A stretch of DNA of 64,000 nt from Marsupella aquatica (lineage: Eukaryota; Plantae; Marchantiophyta), in assembly GCA_973895155.1 (NCBI GenBank), contig OZ316893.1:2810430-2874429 (forward strand), given 5' to 3'. A program made the position numbers and the translations under genes. Shown here piece by piece: positions 1 to 11,203 of the stretch (position 1 is the stretch's first letter; each line of letters opens with the position of its first letter). A model generated the notes under the pieces. It was not told the DNA's origin and did no database searches. It worked only from the letters and a program-made list of their open reading frames with translations.

Positions 1-580
1 TGCTGTTTTTACGTCCAAATTGAGCATCAACACACTACTGAGCATCAACACACATAAAGGCTTTTGACGGTACACCAACAACTGGACGACGTTAAATATA
101 TGACTTGCAGCAGAAGACAGTGTACATCTGTTCATTGAGATATGGCAGTGCGTTGATTCCTACCGTAGAGCTACGGAGATCAGGTGAGTTGCTTGGCTCA
201 AGATGATGACAGTAATACCGAGATGCCGAATATGGAATCCAGTACTGTACCAAGACTTTTGAGGTTGTTGTGTTGTACCGGGCTGTCCCACATAATTATC
301 TGTTCGGTGAGGAACCGTGTCCTTCTCTTTGAAGTGGGGTCTGGTACAGCAAATGGGTACTTTGCCCAATCAGGTGGCCCAGTTTTGAGTTTCAATCCTT
401 CTCCGAGAAGCTTCCATGTATGATTGTGAACTTCCAGTTTCCTACCTAAAAGAGCGAGATAGAGGGAGCAGTTTATATGCATGGATAAAAGTATACACAT
501 ACTTTATACAGAAAAAGGCCAAATAGAGAACAAAAGAATAAACAAGAGAGGTCCCAAGTGGACAAAACCAAATGCAAAAG

Positions 581-675
581 AAGTGAGCAAAAGGAAACCC
601 TAACAATCAAGAAAGAGGAACTAAAAAAAGTGAGCAAAAGGAAACCCCTAAAAACCAAGAAAGAGTAACTAAAAC
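581..675 (+). repeat. about 47-bp imperfect tandem duplication in the 3' UTR of the CRE-like element
   Basis: aagtgagcaaaaggaaaccc(c)taa..a.caagaaagag.aactaaaa occurs at 581 and 628. Confidence 0.8.
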
Positions 676-726
676 TACCGCAAATGGACCGAGGTCCTCA
701 TCATACCTAGCAAATGTGGCAACAAG

Positions 727-3700
727 TTAGTGGTCTACATCAAGTGTCGAAACTAGATCGGCAAGTGGGACAGGAATGTCCTCTAGGGGGGCTAGCCGCT
801 GCGGAGTCACACTAGCACCCACTGTCAGAGATTGACGATAGACGGCCCGAGCTTGAGCACGCTATAAGGTGACTGAAATGCGTTGGCGAAAGTGCGTGGT
901 CAAAACAGATAGTGGGGGCCCGATGGGACCCATCCGGCCGTGAACATCCCGAGCAGTTTGGCGAAGAAGCCCGTCGAACTGATGATGGAGACGCCCAAAT
1001 ATCTCAAGAGCAAGGGGCAGGAAGCTATCAGATGAAGCTCGTGCAGCATATTTGGCCTCCTTCGTTGTTGCTGCTCGTGATGCTGCTGCCCCTGCCGTTG
1101 TTGCTGCTGTCCCAATGATATTTTGGCGCAATGGGTTTGCCACCACTACATCTGCCAAAGTACGGTGACCGTCACGGACCATGGTAAGATCCACCCGTAA
1201 CCGTTGTGATGGAGGACCAGGTAACTCGAGCACCACCTCCTGCCGCGCATAGACCAAAGAGCCAGAGAGAACCTGAGCAGTCGCATCTCTCACAGCGTCG
1301 TGAACAAAAATGGTTTCGCCGCCCAAACTGCATCGAAGAAGATGGACACCTGTGGCATCACAAGGCTTCCCACAAGTGCAAGTAGGAGGTAAACCAGCAA
1401 GAAGTGGGTGGGGCAAGCCCATACGAAGACGCATGGCTGTCGCAAACTCCGCTGAAGACATCCGTAGGTGAGGAATGACTGGATTGGCCTGAAGCCAACC
1501 TCCTGCGCCCTTCCCTCCGGAAGAAAGAATCCGAGCTCGGTCCGTGTCAGGTGCCTCAGTGAGGACGCTGGAAAGGGTGAAAGCGTGCATACGCCCAGCA
1601 AGGTCTGCCTGAAGACGGACGGGGTCCAAGGATAAAAACTCCTGGAATGAAGGTAACGCAGCTCGAACAGGATCGGGTAATGATGACCGCGCCATGCGCA
1701 AATGAACCTGAAATGGGAGGGAACCCTCCTCGACCTCCATGAGAGATGAAAGTAAAAAAGGTCGATCCTCAGTAAGGAAACGATCAGCCAACAATGAGAA
1801 GGCGGCCGCCCACGCGCCCAAGAAGGCCAAAGGTGCAAGGCGCTCAGTGGAAGTAAGCCCAAAACCACCGTGAGAAATAGGAAGACTGAGCTGTCGATGA
1901 AGCCACGGAGATGAGAGTAAAGTACCTGGCCCTAAAAGAGAGGCCAAAGTCTCACGAATGGGGACATCAAACGCTCCAAGGTGTAGATAAAGATCCTCGG
2001 TAGGGGGATGTGTCCGAGCCAAATAGGACGCACGAGGGTGGATGCATCTCAACAACAACCCAAATGCTGCCTGAGAGTCTGCTAACTTAGGGAGCATAGG
2101 AGTAGGGGCTAAGGCAGCCTGGAGAGCGTCAGCAATGAAAGATGAGCAAAAGGAGGCGGTACCGACTGGGGAACCAAGGACCCGAAGACCGTCGGCAGGA
2201 CGTAAGAACCCAGGGGGAAGCGCAAGATCAGAGGGTAACCCAGCTGGACGCCATGCACGACTCTTCACCGGCTGAACTCGTAAACCGAGGCCCAACAAAT
2301 GGGTGGAAAGGGTGGCGAGGGCAGAAGTAACAGCAACAGGTGGACCAATGATGTGGGTGTCATCTGAAAGGGAGGGGAAGATACACTGGGGGTGGGCCTC
2401 GGAGGCTTCTCGTAAAGCAGTAAAATGTGCAATGGCAAAAAGAGGCCCACCCAAAGGGTCACCCTGACGTGTACCTTCTGCAGAAGAAAGAGTGGTATAC
2501 GCTCCTATAGAGGTGTGATGACTGTAGAAGAGGGGGGCCTCGAACCCATAAAAACAACGGACAAAGGGGATAAGGGACTGGATGTCTGGATCCGTTGCCC
2601 TCAAAGCACGAAAAATTGCTGCCCGAGAAACCATATTGAAAGCATTGGAGACATCAACCTGGAGGACAACCCAATCAGGGTGGAGGTCCAAGGTAGTACG
2701 AATACCCGCAATAACTGTCTCACAACCGCCAGGAACGCCCACTGCAAACTGATGTGGAGAGAGATGATCCGATAGTGCAGAGCGATACTGCGATGAAAGT
2801 GCGCGAGACACCAGACGAAGAAAAACCTCTCCAATAGCTATGGGCCGAACACCCGGTGAAGACTTAGCCATGGCCAATAAACGAGAAGCACTCAAAAGCC
2901 GAGAGACGGGAGGAGGCAAACGGCCGGCAGCATTACACTGGCAAAAGGAGAAGAAAACTGGAAAACCAGACTGAGGATCCTCAGGGGGGAATAAATCACA
3001 AAAATGCTCAAAGACATAGCCAGAGAGGCCACCAGCCGCGCAATGCGGAGCATGGAGGAAAGCATAGGTGAAGTGGTCCCGACTAAACTGAAGATCCTCC
3101 TCAGGCTCAAAATCCTCCACGAACAAAGGGAGCTGATCATAGGGCTGCGGATGGAGATCCTGAAGGGCCGTCAAGGTGACCTCGCCAGGGGGGGCTAGTG
3201 TGGTGGGAGAAAGGGCCTGGACCGCACGACGATATTCACCAGCCTGGGCCAAATGACAAGAGCGACGAAGGCGTCTGTGCTCTGGAGGATGAGAGTGGCG
3301 AGCTGGGTCAGACAAAGCACGGGTAGTAAAGGAACGGGCTCGAAGAAAGTACTCTTCCTGAAGCTGTTCCCAATCTCCCCGCAGAAAACGATGGATACGA
3401 GAGGCAGTCTCACGATGACCCACGCGACCACCGTGACTAGGGAGGGTAAGAGTCCACTGTGGAAAAAGCATGAGTAAAGACCAATAGGAGACCTCGATAG
3501 GATGCGCCAAGATAAGCTGCATGAGTTGCAACAAGGATGACCGAACTAATGGGCGCAACGCTAGTGGGATGTGGTTATAAAGGCGAGGTCTAATGTACCC
3601 TGGATGGTAGGCTGAAAGGGGGTCTAGAGAGCGAACCCAACTCCATGCCTGCTCGGAAGCCTCCAAGGAAGGAGGGGCAGAGCTAACTGGGTCAAGAGGG

Positions 3701-4122
3701 GGCTGGGGCTGGGATTGGGCTTGTTGGCGACGTTGGCACCGGCCCCGCCCACGGTGATGAGGAAGGGAGAGGCCAACCTAGCCACACTCAGGACAAGTAT
3801 GCAGGGGACGCTCGTCTGGGGAGGGAGCAGGGAACGACTGGACAGGAGGTGGGGGGGGAACCAACGTGGATGAAGAGGCCGGAGGGGGATGCTGGAGGGG
3901 TGGAGGGGGAATGGGCTGGGGAGAGGAGCCAGGGCGTCGATGGGGTGGGCAGTAGACTGCGGGGACTGGTAGAACATCGGGCATGGGGTCATCACGAAGA
4001 TGAGAGAGATCCAATGAAGAAGAGCAAACACGAAGGCGACCACGAGGCGGGGGGGAGGAGGGGGGAGAACTGTGTGGGGGGGCTGGGCGCTTGCCCCGCG
4101 CCAACACTCTCAACGTAGACAT
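727..4122 (-). pseudogene. Zn-finger + reverse transcriptase + RLE polyprotein (about 1130 codons) with 2 in-frame TAG stops
   Basis: ATG at 4122, Pro-rich N-terminus, then CPECG*VGLSLPHHRGRGRC Zn-finger-like motif (stop 3778-3780). RT motifs: GVRPIAIGEVFLRL, QFAVGVPGGCE, QVDVSNAFN, GTRQGDPLGG, SLSDD. C-terminal CTCG..HLLRC, HDAVRD, RVDL..ADV, KEAKY, PLALEIFG and ISVTL*RAQA (stop 862-864). The frame continues to TAA at 727-729. Confidence 0.9.
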
Positions 4123-7100
4123 GACAGGTCGCAACCCGATAAAAGCAAAAGCGCATCAAGAAGCGACAAAAGGCCCAACCAAGACATGTGAAAAGAAAGG
4201 GAAGGCTATGGAGAGAGCCCACCGCGTCAAAATCCGAGAAGCGGCGCCACCGCTAGCCTAGAAAACCGTTGAGCACGTGCAGGCACAGCCGGGAAAAAAG
4301 CTGGAGCTCTCGTCGATGTGTCCGTTGAGGAGTCGATGCGAGTGAATATCTCTCCACTGATTTGAGCGTGCTGCTACAACTCCCAAAGATGGTGGAATGC
4401 AAACTGGTCCACTAAACTCGGCAAAAACCACCTTGTCAGAACTGAAGAAGAAAGGCAACCACCAATCGGAGGAGAAACGTGGCAAGACAGGAATGCTCCA
4501 AAGCTGAGCAAGGGAAACCGTCACCAAAAATGGAGGAGTAAATCAGAACCGTAATCGGAGCCGAAAGTGGTTGATATGTCACCAAAAGGACCGCGGTAGG
4601 GATAGATGTTGCACGCCCGGACAAGAGCTGGCCAAATCACATGAGAATGCCGGATTCCGTGAACGAGGAACTGCTACAGGACCCTAAAGCTAATTGAAAG
4701 TGAGAACGGTGGAAATTGAAGAAAAAACGTGAGAGCTAATCAAAGTCCAATCGGAGCAATAGGAGACCAATTGGACCGCTCTTGGGATCAATCTGATGCT
4801 CCCGGAGAAGAGCTATACAAAGCACTTGAGAAATCTGAAATCCGTGAAAGATTGACCGAGATATGACCGTCGAAAGGAAGACGAAAATCGCAGAAAAATG
4901 ACTGAAAAACGGCGAAAACGAATGTGACCATAAATATGTCAATACGGCACCGTTTTGGACGTGTTTTATATCGATTTGATGCGCCTCGGCAAGAGCAAGC
5001 TAATGCAACTGAGAAAACTGGATTCCGAGAAAAACTGAGTGCAGGGTAGTCAAAGTGGCGCGAAAACTATGCTACAGTGTGAACTCCATAGCCAGGAGCT
5101 CAAAGACCTAAGACCTCCTCCAAAAGGGTATTTCCAAGCACATGATTCAAGGTTTTTAACCGAAGGCAAGGTTGGTCACAATGTCCAGGCTGCATATGTT
5201 TGTATCAATGCCACTAATGTGAGATGGGTCTGTTTATGTTCTTCCAGTTACTCATGGAATTGATTGGTGGCCTTCCGAGTTTTGACAGTCCACTCTAGCT
5301 ATAGTTGGCCCACCCGGCCTTATGTGAACACTCCAGTAGACAGTGTGAGCAAAGCGGAGTACTCTTACAAGCTTCACGTGCTATAGTCATGCAAGTTTCA
5401 AATCTCATACAAATTTGGGGATCCTTCCGCCAGATCGAAAATGCCAGGATAGAAATGAACGCAAAATTGACTTTGGAAGTGTGAATTCTTATTTTGTCCA
5501 ACGAATCCTTCTCGCAAATCTCTTTGTCAAAGTGCCCAACTAACAGGGTTTCCATTGCCTCAACTTGATCTTGATGACTCGCGCGTCTTCCTCATAGAGA
5601 ACATATCGAAATGAGAGCCCATTAATTGGAAGCAATGAGTACTAAAATTTGACCTGGAAGGATTTGGAATGTGGTGGTAAAACAGTCGGGGGACATGAAT
5701 TGGGCTAGACATCGCTACTCCTATCGATGAGCAGCCTGAGTTGTATTTGTCAATTTCGTGAATTCTTGCGTTAGTTGTGTCTGCAGAACATCAAACTCAA
5801 CAGACGAGGCACCCTTTTCCGGAGCTAAACCTTCCAACACAGAAACGAATGTGCATTGTAATGCGTGCATATCCAGACTACAACGTGTCCAGATAAGTTC
5901 TCCGAAGATCTTGAATAGGTCCTGTCAGTTGCGGATGAAAAGTGTCAGAGTAGGGTCCCTGTCTGCCATGTGGTAAGGTGCTATTGATTGGGTAATGTCC
6001 TAACCCAGGCCGCCTCATTAATTCCCATTGTTTTATGAAAATGGGGGAGTACAGGGCCAGCTCCCTCATGTTGTGCAAATCCAGGTCCTACGTGATCCGG
6101 CTTCCTCCCCACCCTCTTGTTTTAGAACTCACAAGCATGATCAGAACTGCCCCCTCCTTTTTCATGCTCAGCTCCTTCCCCTCCATCCTGTGTTTGAACA
6201 AACTGGGGCGAGGTTGATGGTTCACATTGCGCAGCCAATAGCACCTTGCCATGTGGCAGACAACTAGTGCAGAATGACCTGGGGTTAAGTTAGTGTATGA
6301 GAAAGAGTAAAAATGGGAGTCAATGTAGTAATGAAAATAATTGAGGGGACAGATTGAGAATAAGGGTCAGTTTGGGGGACAAGGTAGTAAACAATGGAGA
6401 TATCTATTCTAAAAGCTAAGGAAACAACCTCAACGTGAAGGAAGATCACACCTGAATTTCTACTACGTAGCAAACAACTACTTCAATATGCTTGCTTGGT
6501 TTTGTGAACCAGTTCAGTTGCAATAATGTAGCCCAATTCGGTCCATGAACCAACATTGAAGTTCCTATTAGTTACATGGCTGTTATGTGTAGAAATAAGA
6601 CTACAAACCTAACTTATTGAAGTTCATGGGAATAATGTTGAAAATGTCATTGATTTTCCTAGTCAACAATGCCTAAATGATTTCCTTTCGCCCCATAACA
6701 CTTCATTCCCTGAGCCATTTCTTGCAAAAGTGGTCCAGTGGCATAGAGTGATGCAGTGTACCATCCTACTAGTACAATTCTTTCTTGTGGCGAAGTTGGG
6801 GTTAATTGGTAAAATCAAAGTTTCATTCCCCATCCCAGCACTACAGCCAGTTGAATGGTCTACAGCTACAGTCACCTTGACAATGATTAGGTCAGTCAAC
6901 CTAGGCCATTCCATCTGGCTGGTTGCATTGCTTGGTGGTCCAATCCTGCAACTCTTGCACCTTTTCCTTGCACCTGAACTGACGGTTGCCCATTTGCCCA
7001 ATTATCTTGAGCTGTTCAGGTGATGGTAGCTAATCTCTTGCCCGTTCTTGAAGCCTGCCTGAATTTCATTGACAACTTTCTGCCACCGCTGGGGTCTGAT

Positions 7101-9759
7101 TTAGGTCCTTCCAAGTGTGGTCCAGTTGGGGCAGTGATGGGCAACAGCCACCTTCACGCAGTTTACAAGGCCCTTCCTGCAAATACAAGAATGATAATAT
7201 AGGCAATGAAATTAGCAGACTTTGTGGAAAATTGGGTGAGATGAATGGGTTCACAAGATGTAGTCAGAGGTGTCAAGCATATTCTCAAGTTTTCTTGCAT
7301 TGAGAAACCTGAGTCAAAGTTTAATTCATCAGGGGAATTGAACCCTAGTTGTGGATATACAAACTAAGGCAACTTACATTACAGTAGAATGGTACTGGGT
7401 TGGGTACTGGATCAAATCTGCAACTCTTTCCAGATTCAGAGCTGTGAATCATACCCCACAACTTCATAATTTGTCAATTCAGGATTTCACTGGGTACCCA
7501 CACACTTTAACCAAATCGATAGGATTCCCCTATTTCTTTGGTTCATGTGATTCACTTGTGTGACAATTTAAATGACATAACTCTTTTCATGGCATATTGT
7601 AGATTCATACTTTGTGAGACTGGGATAACATTTATGTAGAGGTACAAGTTTAACATACTGGCAAGCTGATTACAATATGCATTCAAATCTGCACTGGGCA
7701 TTCTGATTATCAATGAAGCTGTCATTATTGCTAGTAAATAGAGTACAAGTATAGGGTTCATTGTCCTTGACTAAGGAGAAAGGCTGGGAGGGGGAGCTAT
7801 TGAGCATTCTCATAGAAAACTCTCAGAAAAAAGGGACTCAAGGGATCAAACAAAAAGGAAACATTGATCATTAAGCTTGAATTGGATGGAGCAGAGTTAG
7901 CTGTGAAGCTCAAATGGACATGTCAATGCTGGGATGGACTTGGGTAGAATGGTCAAAACTGTTATTGGTCATACCCTTACCTAGAATGGTCTCTGAAATT
8001 TCTCAAACTTCTTCTAATAATATATAGACTGAACATTAGCGAGCATGCTGGCATAATTTGAGCTTAAAAAAGAGATCCAAAAGCTGTCCACATAAATGGA
8101 CAAGTACATGCAAAAACCACCGGTTTTAGCTCAATTAAAGGAATGATTGAAACTAAGGAAAGAGAAAATTAAAAACATTTGGGGTGGAGGGAGCCAATAT
8201 ATGAATTACAATTGGTAGGGGGGACAACTATCTAGGCAGATGAGGCAGAGGTTGAGTGAAGTAGTCTCGGAGGCAGTTAATGAGACAGTCTCAGTGGCAG
8301 AGGACTTAAGATGAGATAAGGCACTACCCCGGGCACTACAGAGGAGACAACAATTGACTGGCATTGGGAGGCCACAAAATAACGACAGTGCAAACTATAT
8401 ATGCTTGGGGTACCGGAGATGAGAAGAGGTGTGTGCAGGAGACCAGGGGAGAGCGGAGGAAATGACGAGTCTGGGACCGGGACAAGAGAAGTGAAGAGGT
8501 GTATGTGGATCCGGTGCCAGAAACCACAAACGGGTCAAAAAGCTGTAAGTCATATTAAGGTTTTTGATTTTATTTCATTTTCTTAGGAAGAACCTGATGG
8601 TGCATGCCATAACAAAGGCATGAAAGAAAAGATAGAAGGTCTACACTTTGATCTTAATCTTGTTAATAGTTTGATCTGTGACAAATAGTTTGTCATCTGT
8701 GACATTGGCTAGACACACCAGGAACATCCCAAGTGGCAACAGGAACAATAGGGGCATCTCAGACAAACCTTAAGTTCTATTCCGCAGAGGTTTTACATGT
8801 CTGACTGGAATGCTCTGGCTGGGTCATGGGTTGGAGATGTGTATGTGGTTCCCCAAAATGGCTACCGCCACTAACTCAGGCTGTTGGTGCACTAGTATTT
8901 GATTTGGCCGCACGGGTGTCTACACCAAAATTGGTTTTGGTACTTGCCATGTGGGGTCCTGGTTCCCATTGGGTACCTTCTGGGTCTTTGGTAGTCTCCC
9001 TGGCCTTGAGTTTGCCTGTGGGTACTGAACTTTGTGGTATCCTTGTCCGGTTGACTACTTTTTGCTGTTGTGGTATCAGCTTCAGGTTTGCGGTGCTTTT
9101 TGTTATTTTGCAATTATTTGGTATAAAAAAAGTTCTTTAATTTTCAGTTTGTTATAAAAAACAAGCCCTATGCCCGTGCGGCGCAAGGAGGGCTGGCCCA
9201 TAGGGAGTCGGGCAGGGGAAATTATGGGGAAGCGTGGGGAAGCACATATGTGCCAAGGGTGCCCATTTCCTCCATCAATGGTCAGGGAAAACATCCGAAT
9301 GAATTTAATGGCCGTGGATTTTTCACGCCCAGAAGCTTTAATTTTGTATTGGGACTAAGATCAAAAAAACTCAGGATACCTTATTATAGTTATAGATAGA
9401 TTATGCATTCATGCGAGTCATTGATGGGAGCCCTGTTCATTCCTATGTTGAGGCCCCCCCTTGCGTGCGGGTGCCTTGTTTGCCTGTTATGTAATTAACT
9501 TAGGTTTTTTTGCTTTCTCCCCCCTTGGCCCTTTGTTAGGAGGTGACCTTGTGTACTGTTGGGGTGGTTTTTGGCGTTTAGTCACAATCTGCCTCCCTGG
9601 TCTTAGCCACAATGGCTTCTCTAATAAACAAGTATTTAAAAATAATTCAAATAAATTAAAATTGGTGGGAGCCAAAATGAGCTGGTTTAGAGGTTTGATG
9701 AACAAATAGGGAGTCCTTAAGAGGGACTCCTTATTAATGGATTAATGGACCTCCCAGCC

Positions 9760-9856
9760 GGCTCGACAATCAATTCTCCAAAGCAATTCACTGGCAGACT
9801 GTAGTTAGGCTCGAGGATTAGTTCTCCAACGCAATTCTCAGGCGGACTGCAGTAGT
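9760..9856 (+). repeat. about 48-bp imperfect tandem duplication
   Basis: ggctcgacaatcaattctccaaagcaattcactggcagactgtagt is followed by ggctcgaggattagttctccaacgcaattctcaggcggactgcagt. Confidence 0.75.
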
Positions 9857-10238
9857 CAAGGGACAGACCGAGAGGGCCCTTCTGCTATGAAGGGCCCTCA
9901 TCCTCACGGAAACCAGAACCTACAGAAGGCTGGCTCTCTCAATTGCCAGACTAGTGAGTGAGAATCTAAGATGGATCTCCGCTGGAATCGCCTTGACGCC
10001 CACAAATTCCGGATGCGTCAACAATGAAGCAACCTCCTGATTTCACGGCAGCACACTCGCGAGAGAGAAAGGCCTGATGGCGACTGGAGACAGCAATTGT
10101 AACTCCTTGCATGCTAGACTGACGGTCTACCATCAGTCCACTCGGGAATGTTTCGGTGCCTCAGCTGAGCGGAATTGGATCTTCTCACACTAATCAATAG
10201 TTTGACTAGTGTGATGCATGTCGAGCTGCGGGTCGAGG

Positions 10239-10245
10239 TATATAA
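10239..10245 (+). promoter_or_regulatory. candidate TATA box of the 10454 gene
   Basis: TATATAA in a GC-rich context about 215 nt upstream of the ATG. Confidence 0.45.
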
Positions 10246-10453
10246 GAAACCCGGTTGCGGCTCGGGGTGGAAGGCCGGTCACTTTGTACCGCTTGGTACC
10301 TAAGTGCGGCTCCGATTCTGCTCTAGGCAGGGTCTGGGGCATCGAGGAGTATACCATCACGAGCGACTGCCATTCTTTCTGGTGTGAGCGTCTGCTCATT
10401 GTTGTCGATGGCCCCAAGGTGCCAATTCTGATTGATTTAGTTTCGTCTGTGGA

Positions 10454-11203
10454 ATGATTATGACGACGTGCAAAGGGCAGCTGTGGGTAGCTCCAATGAA
10501 ATCTTATGAGATCACTCAGCTGCCGTCAGCGCAACGGAGCAGCAGCCTCGACAACAGCTCGAAGGAGTCGCTTCCCGGAGATTCATCCTCAGCTGGAGTG
10601 CTGAGACTTCCTCTTGATATCGTTCAGCTGACGGGAACACAAGGCAGCGGCCGGAAGGAGATCGAGAGGCTTTTCGGAGGTCCAAGCTCCAGTAGCGCAT
10701 TGAGAGTTCCGGCTTATCGCTGCATCGTTCAGGGCCTGCCGAACCCGCCGAGCCCTGATCGAAGGAGCTGCGGCGCGAAGGAGATCCAGAGGTCGCTTTC
10801 CGGAGATTCATCCCCCCGTCGAGTGCTGAGAATTCCGTCTTGGCCGAAGGTGCGCGAACTAAGCGATTCAGAGGATCAGAGCACCAACGAGTACGTATCG
10901 ATAGCGGAATTAGTGAAGGAGAAAAAAAATGAGATTCTGCGACAGGAACGCATCCCTTTGAAGGATCCTATCCTGGAGAAAGCATGCTCGGCTTATCTCC
11001 AGCTTCCTGCGCGGAACAAGAAAGGGTTTGGTCGTAACTGCTGGCATTCACTTTGGGAAGCTGTGTGCCGAGTGTTGCCCATTTCATGCCTTACCGGAAG
11101 CTCCGGCCATGAGGCTGAAATTTTGGAGGACTGTCATAATTTGGATAACTGTGATGGATTGTTGGAACCTCTTCTTCCGATCAATAGATATTGGGAAGTT
11201 TAA
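10454..11203 (+). CDS. plant protein of unknown function, 249 aa, intronless
   Basis: ATG-to-TAA ORF with an upstream TATA candidate. The segment YVSIAEL...IPLKDPILEKACSAYLQ resembles (from recall, not a search) the Y-x-SLKD...IPIKNxLVKQAAxAYLQP motif of small uncharacterised land-plant proteins. Three internal KE..G.SS...LR[LVI]P repeats. Confidence 0.75.
   Translation: MIMTTCKGQLWVAPMKSYEITQLPSAQRSSSLDNSSKESLPGDSSSAGVLRLPLDIVQLTGTQGSGRKEIERLFGGPSSSSALRVPAYRCIVQGLPNPPSPDRRSCGAKEIQRSLSGDSSPRRVLRIPSWPKVRELSDSEDQSTNEYVSIAELVKEKKNEILRQERIPLKDPILEKACSAYLQLPARNKKGFGRNCWHSLWEAVCRVLPISCLTGSSGHEAEILEDCHNLDNCDGLLEPLLPINRYWEV

Larger units (their letters stand above)
433..5077 (-). mobile_element. CRE-like non-LTR retrotransposon (RT + restriction-like endonuclease), near full length, inactivated
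   Basis: Single long RT-RLE reading frame (next feature), about 950 nt of 5' UTR and a T-rich 3' UTR. Candidate 8-bp TSD TGTGAACT at 425-432 and 5078-5085. No poly(A) tail is seen, so the boundaries are less certain than the class. Confidence 0.8.
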
